From NCBI GenBank assembly GCA_964016885.1, contig OZ024740.1, positions 10,602,001 through 10,666,000 of the forward strand: a stretch of DNA of 64,000 nucleotides, read 5' to 3'. The notes under the pieces were generated by a model. The model ran no database searches. It had not been told where the DNA came from and was given only the letters and a program-made list of their open reading frames with translations. The number at the start of each line of letters is the position of its first letter. Positions within the stretch are counted from its first letter, which is position 1. A program made the translations under genes and the position numbers. Positions 14,101 to 32,100 of this stretch are shown piece after piece. This DNA is from Eledone cirrhosa (taxonomy: Eukaryota).

Positions 14101-17100
14101 CAGCCTACTTATAGTTAGATAGCAACACAACATATTTATAGATAGATAGCAACACAATATATTTATAGTTAGATAGCAACACAATATATTTATAGTTAGA
14201 TAGCAACACAACATACTTATAGTTATATAGCAACACAGGATACTTATAGTTAGATAGAATAACAACACACTTATAGTTAGATAGCCACACAACATATTTA
14301 TAGTTAGATAGCAACACAACATATTTATAGTTAGATAGCAACACAGCCTACTTATAGTTAGATAGCAACACAGCCTACTTATAGTTAGATAGCAACACAA
14401 TATATTTATAGTTAGATAGCAACACAACATACTTATAGTTATATAGCAACACAGGATACTTATAGTTAGATAGAATAACAACACACTTATAGTTAGATAG
14501 CCACACAACATATTTATAGTTAGATAGCAACACAACATATTTATAGTTAGATAGCAACACAGCCTACTTATAGTTAGATAGCAACACAGCCTACTTATAG
14601 TTAGATAGCAACACAATATGGTTATAGTTAGATAGCAACACAGCCTATTTATAGTTAGATAGCAACACAACATATTTATAGTTAGATAGCAACACAACAT
14701 ATTTATCGTTAGATAGCAACACAACATACATATAGTTAGATAGCAACACAACATATTTATAGTTAGATAGCAACACAACATACATATAGTTAGATAGCAA
14801 CACAACATATTTATAGTTAGATAGCAACACAACATACATATAGTTAGATAGCAACACAACATACATATAGTTAGATAGCAAAACAACATATTTATAGTTA
14901 GATAGCAACACAGCCTACTTATAGTTAGATAGCAACACAACATGTATAGTTAGATAGCAATACAGCCTACTTATCGTTAAATAGCAACACAGCCTACTTA
15001 TAGTTAGATAGCAACACAGCCTACTTGTAGTTAGATAGCAACACAGCCTACTTATAGTTAGATAGCAACACAACATATTTATAGTTAGATAGCAACACAG
15101 CCTACTTATAGTTAGATAGCAACAGAACATATTTATAGTTAGATAGCAACACAGCCTACTTATAGTTAGATAGCAACAGAGCCTACTTATAGTTAGATAG
15201 CAACACAACATATTTATAGTTAGATAGCAACACTGCCTACTTATAGTTAGATAGCAACACAACATATTTATAGTTAGATAGCAACACAACATATTTATAG
15301 TTAGATAGCAACACAGCCTACTTATAGTTAGATAGCAACACAGGATACTTATAGTTAGATAGCAACACAACATATTTATAGTTAGATAGCAACACAACAT
15401 ATTTATAGTTAGATAGCAAAACATCCTATTTATAGTTAAATAGCAACACAGCATACTTATAGTTAGATAGAAAAACAACATATTTATAGTTAGATAGCAA
15501 CACAACATACATATAGTTAGATAGCAACACACCATACATATAGTTAGATAGCAACACAACATATCTATAGTTAGATAGCAACACAGCCTACTTATAGTTA
15601 GATAGCAACACAACATATTTATAGTTGGATAGCAACACAACATTTATAGTTAGATAGCAACACAGCATATTTATAGTTATATAGCAAAACAACATATTTA
15701 TAGTTAGATAGCAACACAGCCTACTTATAGTTAGATAGCAACACAACATTTATAGTTAGATAGCAACACAGCCTACTTATAGTTAGATAGCCACACAACA
15801 TACTTATAGTTAGATAGCAACACAACATATTTATAGTTAGATAGCAACACAACATATTTATAGTTAGATAGCAACACATCCTATTTATAGTTAGATAGCA
15901 ACACAACATATTTATAGTTAGATAGCAACACAACATATTTATAGTTAGATAGCAACACAACATACATATAGTTAGATAGCAAAACAACATATTTATAGTT
16001 AGATAGCAACACAACATATTTATAGTTAGATAGCAACACAACATATTTATAGTTAGATAGCAACACATCCTATTTATAGTTAGATAGCAACACAGCATAC
16101 TTATAGTTAGATAGAAAAACAACATATTTATAGTTAGATAGCAACACAACATACATATAGTTAGATAGCAACACAACATACATATAGTTAGATGGCAACA
16201 CAACATACATATAGTTAGATAGCAACACAACATATCTATAGTTAGATAGCAACACAGCCTACTTATAGTTAGATAGCAACACAACATATTTATAGTTAGA
16301 TAGCAACACAACATATTTATAGTTAGATAGCAACACAACATATTTATAGTTAGATAACAACACAACCTACTTATAGTTAGATAGCAACACAACATATTTA
16401 TAGTTAGATAGTAACACAACATATTTATAGTTAGATAGCAACACAGCCTACTTATAGTTAGATAGCAACACAACATATTTATAGTTAGATAGCAACACAA
16501 CATGTTTATAGTTAGATAGCAACACAGCCTACTTATAGTTAGATAGCAATACAGCCTATTTATAGTTAGATAGCAACACAACATATTTATAGTTAGATAG
16601 CAACACAACATATTTATCGTTAGATAGCAACACAACATACATATAGTTAGATAGCAACACAACATATTTATAGTTAGATAGCAACACAACATACATATAG
16701 TTAGATAGCAACACAACATATTTATTGTTAGATAGCAACACAACATACATATAGTTAAATAGCAACACAACATACATATAGTTACATATCAAAACAACAT
16801 ATTTATAGTTAGATAGCAACACAGCCTACTTATAGTTAGATAGCAACACAACATTTATAGTTAGATAGCAACACAGCCTACTTATCGTTAAATAGCAACA
16901 CAGCCTACTTATAGTTAGATAGCAACACAGCCTACTTATAGTTAGATAGCAACACAGCCTACTTATAGTTAGATAGCAATACAACATATTTATAGTTAGA
17001 TAGCAACACAGCCTACTTATAGTTAGATAGCAACACAACATATTTATAGTTAGATAGCAACACAGCCTACCTATAGTTAGATAGCAACAGAGCCTACTTA

Positions 17101-20100
17101 TAGTTAGATAGCAACACAACATATTTATAGTTAGATAGCAACACAGGCTACTTATAGTTAGATAGCAACACAACATATTTATAGTTAGATAGCAACACAA
17201 CATATTTATAGTTAGATAGCAACACAGGATACTTATAGTTAGATAGCAACACAACATACTTATAGTTAGATAGCAACACAACATATTTATAGTTAGATAG
17301 CAACACAATATATTTATAGTTAGATAGCAACACAACATACTTATAGTTAGATAGCAACACAACCTACTTATAGTTAGATAGCAACACAGGATACTTATAG
17401 TTAGATAGAAAAACAACACACTTATAGTTAGATAGCTACACAACATACTTATAGTTAGATAGCAACACAACATATTTATAGTTAGATAGCAACACAACAT
17501 ATTTATAGTTAGATAGCAACACATCCTATTTATAGTTAGATAGCAACACAACATATTTATAGTTAGATAGCAACACAACATATTTATAGTTAGATAGCAA
17601 CACAACATACATATAGTTAGATAGCAACACAACATATTTATAGTTAGATAGCAACACAGGATACTTATAGTTAGATAGCAACACAACATATTTATAGTTA
17701 GATAGCAACACAATATATTTATAGTTAGATAGCAACACAACATACTTATAGTTAGATAGCAACACAACCTACTTATAGTTAGATAGCAACACAGGATACT
17801 TATAGTTAGATAGAAAAACAACACACTTATAGTTAGATAGCCACACAACATACTTATAGTTAGATAGCAACACAACATATTTATAGTTAGATAGCAACAC
17901 AACATATTTATAGTTAGATAGCAACACATCCTATTTATAGTTAGATAGCAACACAACATATTTATAGTTAGATAGCAACACAACATACATATAGTTAGAT
18001 AGCAACACAACATATTTATAGTTAGATAGCAACACAACATATTTATAGTTAGATAGCAACACAACATATTTATAGTTAGATAGCAACACAGCCTACTTAT
18101 AGTTAGATAACAACAGAGCCTACTTATAGTTAGATAGCAACACAACATATTTATAGTTAGATAGCAACACAACATATTTATAGTTAGATAGCAACACAGC
18201 CTACTTATAGTTAGATAGCAACACAACATATTTATAGATAGATAGCAACACAATATATTTATAGTTAGATAGTAACACAATATATTTATAGTTAGATAGC
18301 AACACAGCCTACTTTTAGTTAGATAGCGACAGAGCCTACTTATAGTTAGATAGCAACACAACATATTTATAGTTAGATATCAACACAGCCTACTTATAGT
18401 TAGATAGCAACACAACATATTTATAGTTAGATAGCAACACAGCCTACTTATAGTTAGATAGCACAGAGCCTACTTATAGTTAGATAGCAACACGACATAT
18501 TTATAGTTAGATAGCAACACAGCCTACTTATAGTTAGATAGCAACACAACATATTTATAGTTAGATAGCAACACAACATATTTATAGTTAGATAGCAACA
18601 CAGCCTACTTATAATTAGATAGCAACACAACATTTATAGTTAGATAGCAACACAGCCTACTTATCGTTAAATAGCAACACAGCCTACTTATAGTTAGATA
18701 GTAACACAGCCTACTTATAGTTAGATAGCAACACAGCCTACATATAGTTAGATAGCAACACAAAATATTTATAGTTAGATAGCAACACAGCCTACTTATA
18801 GTTAGATAGCAACACAACATATTTATAGTTAGATAGCAACACAGCCTACTTATAGTTAGATAGCGACAGAGCCTACTTATAGTTAGATAGCAACACAACA
18901 TATTTATAGTTAGATATCAACACAGCCTACTTATAGTTAGATAGCAACACAACATATTTATAGTTAGATAGCAACACAGCCTACTTATAGTTAGATAGCA
19001 CAGAGCCTACTTATAGTTAGATAGCAACACGACATATTTATAGTTAGATAGCAACACAGCCTACATATAGTTAGATAGCAACACAACATATTTATAGTTA
19101 GATAGCAACACAACATATTTATAGTTAGATAGCAACACAGCCTACTTATAGTTAGATAGCAACACAACATTTATAGTTAGATAGCAACACAGCCTACTTA
19201 TCGTTAAATAGCAACACAGCCTACTTATAGTTAGATAGCAACACAGCCTACTTATAGTTAGATAGCAACACAGCCTACATATAGTTAGATAGCAACACAA
19301 AATATTTATAGTTAGATAGCAACACAGCCTACTTATAGTTAGATAGCAACACAACATATTTATAGTTAGATAGCAACACAGCCTACTTATAGTTAGATAG
19401 CGACAGAGCCTACTTATAGTTAGATAGCAACACAACATATTTATAGTTAGATAGCAACACAGCCTACTTATAGTTAGATAGCAACACAACATAGTTATAG
19501 TTAGATAGCAACACAACATATTTATAGTTAGATAGCAACACAGCCTACTTATAGTTAGATAGCAACACAGGATACTTATAGTTAGATAGCAACACAATAT
19601 ATTTATAGTTAGATAGCAACACAATATATTTATAGTTAGATAGCAACACAACATACTTATAGTTAGATAGCAACACAACCTACTTATAGTTAGATAGCAA
19701 CACAGGATACTTATAGTTAGATAGAAAAACAACACACTTATAGTTAGATAGCCACACAACATACTTATAGTTAGATAGCAACACAACATATTTATAGTTA
19801 GATAGCAACACAACATATTTATAGTTAGATAGCAACACATCCTATTTATAGTTAGATAGCAACACAACATATTTATAGTTAGATAGCAACACAACATACA
19901 TATAGTTAGATAGCAACACAACATATTTATAGTTAGATAGCAACACAACATATTTATAGTTAGATAGCAACACAACATATTTATAGTTAGATAGCAACAC
20001 ATCCTATTTATAGTTAGATAGCAACACAGCATACTTATAGTTAGATAGCAACACAACATTTATAGTTAGATAGCAACACAGCATACATATAGTTAGATAG

Positions 20101-23100
20101 CAACATAACATACATATAGTTACATAGCAACACAACATACATATAGTTAGATAGCAACACAACATATTTATAGTTAGATAGCAACACAGCCTACTTATAG
20201 TTAGATAGCAACACAACATTTATAGTTAGATAGCAACACAGCCTACTTATCGGTAAATAGCAACACAGCCTACTTATAGTTAGATAGCAACACAACATAT
20301 TTATAATTAGATAACAACGCAGCCTACTTATAGTTAGATAGCACAGAGCCTACTTATAGTTAGATAGCAACACGACATATTTATAGTTAGATAGCAACAC
20401 AGCCTACTTATAGTTAGATAGCAACACAACATATTTTTAGTTAGATAGCAACACAGCCTACTTATAGTTAGATAGCAACACAACATTTATAGTTAGATAG
20501 CAACACAGCCTACTTATCGTTAAATAGCAACACAGCCTACTTATAGTTAGATAGCAACACAGCCTACATATAGTTAGATAGCAACACAACATATTTATAG
20601 TTAGATAGCAACACAGCCTACTTATAGTTAGATAGCAACACAACATATTTATAGTTAGATAGCAACACAGCCTACTTATAGTTAGATAGCGACAGAGCCT
20701 ACTTATAGTTAGATAGCAACACAACATATTTATAGTTAGATAGCAACACAGCCTACTTATAGTTAGATAGCAACACAACATAGTTATAGTTAGATAGCAA
20801 CACAACATATTTATAGTTAGATAGCAACACAGCCTACTTATAGTTAGATAGCAACACAGGATACTTATAGTTAGATAGCAACACAATATATTTATAGTTA
20901 GATAGCAACACAATATATTTATAGTTAGATAGCAACACAACATACTTATAGTTAGATAGCAAAACAACCTACTTATAGTTAGATAGCAACACAGGATACT
21001 TATAGTTAGATAGAAAAACAACACACTTATAGTTAGATAGCCACACAACATACTTATAGTTAGATAGCAACACAACATATTTATAGTTAGATAGCAACAC
21101 ATCCTATTTATAGTTAGATAGCAACACAACATATTTATAGTTAGATAGCAACACAACATATTTATAGTTAGATAGCAACACAACATACATATAGTTAGAT
21201 AGCAACACAACATATTTATAGTTAGATAGCAACACAACATATTTATAGTTAGATAGCAACACAACATATTTATAGTTAGATAGCAACACATCCTATTTAT
21301 AGTTAGATAGCAACACAGCATACTTATAGTTAGATAGAAAAACAACATATTTATAGTTAGATAGCAACACAACATACATATAGTTAGATAGCAACATAAC
21401 ATACATATAGTTAGATAGCAACACAACATACATATAGTTAGATAGCAACACAACATATTTATAGTTAGATAGCAACACAACATTTATAGTTAGATAGCAA
21501 CACAGCCTACTTATCGTTAAATAGCAACACAGCCTACTTATAGTTAGATAGCAACACAGCCTACTTATAGTTAGATAGCAACACAGCCTACATATAGTTA
21601 GATAGCAACACAACATATTTATAGTTAGATAGCAACACAGCCTACTTATAGTTAGATAGCAACACAACATATTTATAGTTAGATAGCAACACAGCCTACT
21701 TATAGTTAGATAGCGACAGAGCCTACTTATAGTTAGATAGCAACACAACATATGTATAGTTAGATAGCAACACAGCCTACTTATAGTTAGATAGCAACAC
21801 AACATATTTATAGTTAGATAGAAACACAACATATTTATAGTTAGATAGCAACACAGCCTACTTTTAGTTAGATAGCAACACAGGATACTTATAGTTAGAT
21901 AGCAACACAACATATTTATAGTTAGATAGCAACACAATATATTTATAGTTAGATAGCAACACAACATACTTATAGTTAGATAGCAACACAACCTACTTAT
22001 AGTTAGATAGCAACACAGGATACTTATAGTTAGATAGAAAAACAACACACTTATTGTTAGATAGCCACACAACATACTTATAGTTAGATAGCAACACAAC
22101 ATATTTATAGTTAGATAGCAACACAACATATTTATAGTTAGATAGCAACACAGCCTACTTATAGTTAGATAGCAACACAACATATTTATAGTTAGATAGC
22201 AACACAGCCTACTTATAGTTAGATAACAACAGAGTCTACTTATAGTTAGATAGCAACACAACATATTTATAGTTAGATAGCAACACAACATATTTATAGT
22301 TAGATAGCAACACAGCCTACTTATAGTTAGATAGCAACACAACATATTTATAGATAGATAGCAACACAATATATTTATAGTTAGATAGTAACACAATATA
22401 TTTATAGTTAGATAGCAACACAGCCTACTTTTAGTTAGATAGCGACAGAGCCTACTTATAGTTAGATAGCAACACAACATATTTATAGTTAGATATCAAC
22501 ACAGCCTACTTATAGTTAGATAGCAACACAACATATTTATAGTTAGATAGCAACACAGCCTACTTATAGTTAGATAGCACAGAGCCTACTTATAGTTAGA
22601 TAGCAACACGACATATTTATAGTTAGATAGCAACACAGCCTACTTATAGTTAGATAGCAACACAACATATTTATAGTTAGATAGCAACACAACATATTTA
22701 TAGTTAGATAGCAACACAGCCTACTTATAGTTAGATAGCAACACAACATTTATAGTTAGATAGCAACACAGCCTACTTATCGTTAAATAGCAACACAGCC
22801 TACTTATAGTTAGATAGTAACACAGCCTACTTATAGTTAGATAGCAACACAGCCTACATATAGTTAGATAGCAACACAAAATATTTATAGTTAGATAGCA
22901 ACACAGCCTACTTATAGTTAGATAGCAACACAACATATTTATAGTTAGATAGCAACACAGCCTACTTATAGTTAGATAGCGACAGAGCCTACTTATAGTT
23001 AGATAGCAACACAACATATTTATAGTTAGATATCAACACAGCCTACTTATAGTTAGATAGCAACACAACATATTTATAGTTAGATAGCAACACAGCCTAC

Positions 23101-26100
23101 TTATAGTTAGATAGCACAGAGCCTACTTATAGTTAGATAGCAACACGACATATTTATAGTTAGATAGCAACACAGCCTACTTATAGTTAGATAGCAACAC
23201 AACATATTTATAGTTAGATAGCAACACAACATATTTATAGTTAGATAGCAACACAGCCTACTTATAGTTAGATAGCAACACAACATTTATAGTTAGATAG
23301 CAACACAGCCTACTTATCGTTAAATAGCAACACAGCCTACTTATAGTTAGATAGCAACACAGCCTACTTATAGTTAGATAGCAACACAGCCTACATATAG
23401 TTAGATAGCAACACAAAATATTTATAGTTAGATAGCAACACAGCCTACTTATAGTTAGATAGCGACAGAGCCTACTTATAGTTAGATAGCAACACAACAT
23501 ATTTATAGTTAGATAGCAACACAGCCTACTTATAGTTAGATAGCAACACAACATAGTTATAGTTAGATAGCAACACAACATATTTATAGTTAGATAGCAA
23601 CACAGCCTACTTATAGTTAGATAGCAACACAGGATACTTATAGTTAGATAGCAACACAATATATTTATAGTTAGATAGCAACACAATATATTTATAGTTA
23701 GATAGCAACACAACATACTTATAGTTAGATAGCAACACAACCTACTTATAGTTAGATAGCAACACAGGATACTTATAGTTAGATAGAAAAACAACACACT
23801 TATAGTTAGATAGCCACACAACATACTTATAGTTAGATAGCAACACAACATATTTATAGTTAGATAGCAACACAACATATTTATAGTTAGATAGCAACAC
23901 ATCCTATTTATAGTTAGATAGCAACACAACATATTTATAGTTAGATAGCAACACAACATACATATAGTTAGATAGCAACACAACATATTTATAGTTAGAT
24001 AGCAACACAACATATTTATAGTTAGATAGCAACACAACATATTTATAGTTAGATAGCAACACATCCTATTTATAGTTAGATAGCAACACAGCATACTTAT
24101 AGTTAGATAGCAACACAACATTTATAGTTAGATAGCAACACAGCATACATATAGTTAGATAGCAACATAACATACATATAGTTACATAGCAACACAACAT
24201 ACATATAGTTAGATAGCAACACAACATATTTATAGTTAGATAGCAACACAGCCTACTTATAGTTAGATAGCAACACAACATTTATAGTTAGATAGCAACA
24301 CAGCCTACTTATCGGTAAATAGCAACACAGCCTACTTATAGTTAGATAGCAACACAACATATTTATAATTAGATAACAACGCAGCCTACTTATAGTTAGA
24401 TAGCACAGAGCCTACTTATAGTTAGATAGCAACACGACATATTTATAGTTAGATAGCAACACAGCCTACTTATAGTTAGATAGCAACACAACATATTTAT
24501 AGTTAGATAGCAACACAGCCTACTTATAGTTAGATAGCAACACAACATTTATAGTTAGATAGCAACACAGCCTACTTATCGTTAAATAGCAACACAGCCT
24601 ACTTATAGTTAGATAGCAACACAGCCTACATATAGTTAGATAGCAACACAACATATTTATAGTTAGATAGCAACACAGCCTACTTATAGTTAGATAGCAA
24701 CACAACATATTTATAGTTAGATAGCAACACAGCCTACTTATAGTTAGATAGCGACAGAGCCTACTTATAGTTAGATAGCAACACAACATATTTATAGTTA
24801 GATAGCAACACAGCCTACTTATAGTTAGATAGCAACACAACATAGTTATAGTTAGATAGCAACACAACATATTTATAGTTAGATAGCAACACAGCCTACT
24901 TATAGTTAGATAGCAACACAGGATACTTATAGTTAGATAGCAACACAATATATTTATAGTTAGATAGCAACACAATATATTTATAGTTAGATAGCAACAC
25001 AACATACTTATAGTTAGATAGCAAAACAACCTACTTATAGTTAGATAGCAACACAGGATACTTATAGTTAGATAGAAAAACAACACACTTATAGTTAGAT
25101 AGCCACACAACATACTTATAGTTAGATAGCAACACAACATATTTATAGTTAGATAGCAACACAACATATTTATAGTTAGATAGCAACACATCCTATTTAT
25201 AGTTAGATAGCAACACAACATATTTATAGTTAGATAGCAACACAACATATTTATAGTTAGATAGCAACACAACATACATATAGTTAGATAGCAACACAAC
25301 ATATTTATAGTTAGATAGCAACACAACATATTTATAGTTAGATAGCAACACAACATATTTATAGTTAGATAGCAACACATCCTATTTATAGTTAGATAGC
25401 AACACAGCATACTTATAGTTAGATAGAAAAACAACATATTTATAGTTAGATAGCAACACAACATACATATAGTTAGATAGCAACATAACATACATATAGT
25501 TAGATAGCAACACAACATACATATAGTTAGATAGCAACACAACATATTTATAGTTAGATAGCAACACAACATTTATAGTTAGATAGCAACACAGCCTACT
25601 TATCGTTAAATAGCAACACAGCCTACTTATAGTTAGATAGCAACACAGCCTACTTATAGTTAGATAGCAACACAGCCTACATATAGTTAGATAGCAACAC
25701 AACATATTTATAGTTAGATAGCAACACAGCCTACTTATAGTTAGATAGCAACACAACATATTTATAGTTAGATAGCAACACAGCCTACTTATAGTTAGAT
25801 AGCGACAGAGCCTACTTATAGTTAGATAGCAACACAACATATGTATAGTTAGATAGCAACACAGCCTACTTATAGTTAGATAGCAACACAACATATTTAT
25901 AGTTAGATAGAAACACAACATATTTATAGTTAGATAGCAACACAGCCTACTTATAGTTAGATAGCAACACAGGATACTTATAGTTAGATAGCAACACAAC
26001 ATATTTGTAGTTAGATAGCAACACAATATATTTATAGTTAGATAGCAACACAACATACTTATAGTTAGATAGCAACACAACCTACTTATAGTTAGATAGC

Positions 26101-29100
26101 AACACAGGATACTTATAGTTAGATAGAAAAACAACACACTTATTGTTAGATAGCCACACAACATACTTATAGTTAGATAGCAACACAACATATTTATAGT
26201 TAGATAGCAACACAACATATTTATAGTTAGATAGCAACACAGCCTACTTATAGTTAGATAGCAACACAACATATTTATAGTTAGATAGCAACACAGCCTA
26301 CTTATAGTTAGATAACAACAGAGCCTACTTATAGTTAGATAGCAACACAACATATTTATAGTTAGATAGCAACACAACATATTTATAGTTAGATAGCAAC
26401 ACAGCCTACTTATAGTTAGATAGCAACACAACATATTTATAGATAGATAGCAACACAATATATTTATAGTTAGATAGTAACACAATATATTTATAGTTAG
26501 ATAGCAACACAGCCTACTTTTAGTTAGATAGCGACAGAGCCTACTTATAGTTAGATAGCAACACAACATATTTATAGTTAGATATCAACACAGCCTACTT
26601 ATAGTTAGATAGCAACACAACATATTTATAGTTAGATAGCAACACAGCCTACTTATAGTTAGATAGCGCAGAGCCTACTTATAGTTAGATAGCAACACGA
26701 CATATTTATAGTTAGATAGCAACACAGCCTACTTATAGTTAGATAGCAACACAACATATTTATAGTTAGATAGCAACACAACATATTTATAGTTAGATAG
26801 CAACACAGCCTACTTATAGTTAGATAGCAACACAACATTTATAGTTAGATAGCAACACAGCCTACTTATCGTTAAATAGCAACACAGCCTACTTATAGTT
26901 AGATAGCAACACAGCCTACTTATAGTTAGATAGCAACACAGCCTACATATAGTTAGATAGCAACACAAAATATTTATAGTTAGATAGCAACACAGCCTAC
27001 TTATAGTTAGATAGCAACACAACATATTTATAGTTAGATAGCAACACAGCCTACTTATAGTTAGATAGCGACACAACATATTTATAGTTAGATAGCAACA
27101 CAGCCTACTTATAGTTAGATAGCAACACAACATAGTTATAGTTAGATAGCAACACAACATATTTATAGTTAGATAGCAACACAGCCTACTTATAGTTAGA
27201 TAGCAACACAGGATACTTATAGTTAGATAGCAACACAATATATTTATAGTTAGATAGCAACACAATATATTTATAGTTAGATAGCAACACAACATACTTA
27301 TAGTTAGATAGCAACACAACCTACTTATAGTTAGATAGCAACACAGGATACTTATAGTTAGATAGAAAAACAACACACTTATAGTTAGATAGCCACACAA
27401 CATACTTATAGTTAGATAGCAACAACATATTTATAGTTAGATAGCAACACAACATATTTATAGTTAGATAGCAACACATCCTATTTATAGTTAGATAGCA
27501 ACACAACATATTTATAGTTAGATAGCAACACAACATACATATAGTTAGATAGCAACACAACATATTTATAGTTAGATAGCAACACAACATATTTATAGTT
27601 AGATAGCAACACAACATATTTATAGTTAGATAGCAACACATCCTATTTATAGTTAGATAGCAACACAGCATACTTATAGTTAGATAGCAACACAACATTT
27701 ATAGTTAGATAGCAACACAACATACATATAGTTAGATAGCAACATAACATACATATAGTTAGATAGCAACACAGCCTACTTATAGTTAGATAGCAACACA
27801 ACATTTATAGTTAGATAGCAACACAGCCTACTTATCGGTAAATAGCAACACAGCCTACTTATAGTTAGATAGCAACACAGCCTACTTATAGTTAGATAGC
27901 AACACAGCCTACATATAGTTAGATAGCAACACAACATATTTATAGTTAGATAGCAACACAGCCTACTTATAGTTAGATAGCAACACAACATATTTATAGT
28001 TAGATAGCAACACAGCCTACTTATAGTTAGATAGCGACAGAGCCTACTTATAGTTAGATAGCAACACAACATATGTATAGTTAGATAGCAACACAGCCTA
28101 CTTATAGTTAGATAGCAACACAACATATTTATAGTTAGATAGCAACACAACATATTTATAGTTAGATAGCAACACAGCCTACTTATAGTTAGATAGCAAC
28201 ACAGGATACTTATAGTTAGATAGCAACACAACATATTTATAGTTAGATAGCAACACAATATATTTATAGTTAGATAGCAACACAACATACTTATAGTTAG
28301 ATAGCAACACAACCTACTTATAGTTAGATAGCAACACAGGATACTTATAGTTAGATAGAAAAACAACACACTTATTGTTAGATAGCCACACAACATACTT
28401 ATAGTTAGATAGCAACACAACATATTTATAGTTAGATAGCAACACAACATATTTATAGTTAGATAGCAACACAACATATTTATAGTTAGATAGCAACACA
28501 TCCTATTTATAGTTAGATAGCAAGACAACATATTTATAGTTAGATAGCAACACAACATATTTATAGTTAGATAGCAACACAACATACATATAGTTAGATA
28601 GCAACACAACATATTTATAGTTAGATAGCAACACAACATATTTATAGTTAGATAGCAACACAACATATTTATAGTTAGATAGCAACACAGCCTACTTATC
28701 GTTAAATAGCAACACAGCCTACTTATAGTTAGATAGCAACACAGCCTACTTATAGTTAAATAGCAACACAGCCTACATATAGTTAGATAGCAACACAACA
28801 TATTTATAGTTAGATAGCAACACAGCCTACTTATAGTTAGATAGCAACACAACATATTTATAGTTAGATAGCAACACAGCCTACTTATAGTTAGATAGCG
28901 ACAGAGCCTACTTATAGTTAGATAGCAACACAACATATTTAGAGTTAGATAGCAACACAGCCTACTTATAGTTAGATAGCAACACAACATAGTTATAGTT
29001 AGATAGCAACACAACATATTTATAGTTAGATAGCAACACAGCCTACTTATAGTTAGATAGCAACACAGGATACTTATAGTTAGATAGCAACACAATATAT

Positions 29101-32100
29101 TTATAGTTAGATAGCAACACAATATATTTATAGTTAGATAGCAACACAACATACTTATAGTTAGATAGCAACACAACCTACTTATAGTTAGATAGCAACA
29201 CAGGATACTTATAGTTAGATAGAAAAACAACACACTTATAGTTAGATAGCCACACAACATACTTATAGTTAGATAGCAACAACATATTTATAGTTAGATA
29301 GCAACACAACATATTTATAGTTAGATAGCAACACATCCTATTTATAGTTAGATAGCAACACAACATATTTATAGTTAGATAGCAACACAACATACATATA
29401 GTTAGATAGCAACACAACATATTTATAGTTAGATAGCAACACAACATATTTATAGTTAGATAGCAACACAACATATTTATAGTTAGATAGCAACACATCC
29501 TATTTATAGTTAGATAGCAACACAGCATACTTATAGTTAGATAGCAACACAACATTTATAGTTAGATAGCAACACAACATACATATAGTTAGATAGCAAC
29601 ATAACATACATATAGTTAGATAGCAACACAGCCTACTTATAGTTAGATAGCAACACAACATTTATAGTTAGATAGCAACACAGCCTACTTATCGGTAAAT
29701 AGCAACACAGCCTACTTATAGTTAGATAGCAACACAGCCTACTTATAGTTAGATAGCAACACAGCCTACATATAGTTAGATAGCAACACAACATATTTAT
29801 AGTTAGATAGCAACACAGCCTACTTATAGTTAGATAGCAACACAACATATTTATAGTTAGATAGCAACACAGCCTACTTATAGTTAGATAGCGACAGAGC
29901 CTACTTATAGTTAGATAGCAACACAACATATGTATAGTTAGATAGCAACACAGCCTACTTATAGTTAGATAGCAACACAACATATTTATAGTTAGATAGC
30001 AACACAACATATTTATAGTTAGATAGCAACACAGCCTACTTATAGTTAGATAGCAACACAGGATACTTATAGTTAGATAGCAACACAACATATTTATAGT
30101 TAGATAGCAACACAATATATTTATAGTTAGATAGCAACACAACATACTTATAGTTAGATAGCAACACAACCTACTTATAGTTAGATAGCAACACAGGATA
30201 CTTATAGTTAGATAGAAAAACAACACACTTATTGTTAGATAGCCACACAACATACTTATAGTTAGATAGCAACACAACATATTTATAGTTAGATAGCAAC
30301 ACAACATATTTATAGTTAGATAGCAACACAACATATTTATAGTTAGATAGCAACACATCCTATTTATAGTTAGATAGCAAGACAACATATTTATAGTTAG
30401 ATAGCAACACAACATATTTATAGTTAGATAGCAACACAACATACATATAGTTAGATAGCAACACAACATATTTATAGTTAGATAGCAACACAACATATTT
30501 ATAGTTAGATAGCAACACAACATATTTATAGTTAGATAGCAACACAGCCTACTTATCGTTAAATAGCAACACAGCCTACTTATAGTTAGATAGCAACACA
30601 GCCTACTTATAGTTAGATAGCAACACAGCCTACATATAGTTAGATAGCAACACAACATATTTATAGTTAGATAGCAACACAGCCTACTTATAGTTAGATA
30701 GCAACACAACATATTTATAGTTAGATAGCAACACAGCCTACTTATAGTTAGATAGCGACAGAGCCTACTTATAGTTAGATAGCAACACAACATATTTAGA
30801 GTTAGATAGCAACACAGCCTACTTATAGTTAGATAGCAACACAACATAGTTATAGTTAGATAGCAACACAACATATTTATAGTTAGATAGCAACACAGCC
30901 TACTTATAGTTAGATAGCAACACAGGATACTTATAGTTAGATAGCAACACAATATATTTATAGTTAGATAGCAACACAATATATTTATAGTTAGATAGCA
31001 ACACAACATACTTATAGTTAGATAGCAACACAACCTACTTATAGTTAGATAGCAACACAGGATACTTATAGTTAGATAGAAAAACAACACACTTATAGTT
31101 AGATAGCCACACAACATACTTATAGTTAGATAGCAACACAACATATTTATAGTTAGATAGCAACACAACATATTTATAGTTAGATAGCAACACATCCTAT
31201 TTATAGTTAGATAGCAACACAACATATTTATAGTTAGATAGCAACACAACATACATATAGTTAGATAGCAACACAACATATTTATAGTTAGATAGCAACA
31301 CAACATATTTATAGTTAGATAGCAACACAACATATTTATAGTTAGATAGCAACACATCCTATTTATAGTTAGATAGCAACACAGCATACTTATAGTTAGA
31401 TAGCAACACAACATTTATAGTTAGATAGCAACACAACATACATATAGTTAGATAGCAACATAACATACATATAGTTAGATAGCAACACAACATACATATA
31501 GTTAGATAGCAACACAACATATTTATAGTTAGATAGCAACACAGCCTACTTATAGTTAGATAGCAACACAACATTTATAGTTAGATAGCAACACAGCCTA
31601 CTTATCGGTAAATAGCAACACAGCCTACTTATAGTTAGATAGCAACACAGCCTACTTATAGTTAGATAGCAACACAGCCTACATATAGTTAGATAGCAAC
31701 ACAACATATTTATAGTTAGATAGCAACACAGCCTACTTATAGTTAGATAGCAACACAACATATTTATAGTTAGATAGCAACACAGCCTACTTATAGTTAG
31801 ATAGCGACAGAGCCTACTTATAGTTAGATAGCAACACAACATATGTATAGTTAGATAGCAACACAGGCTACTTATAGTTAGATAGCAACACAACATATTT
31901 ATAGTTAGATAGCAACACAACATATTTATAGTTAGATAGCAACACAGCCTACTTATAGTTAGATAGCAACACAGGATACTTATAGTTAGATAGCAACACA
32001 ACATATTTATAGTTAGATAGCAACACAATATATTTATAGTTAGATAGCAACACAACATACTTATAGTTAGATACCAACACAACCTACTTATAGTTAGATA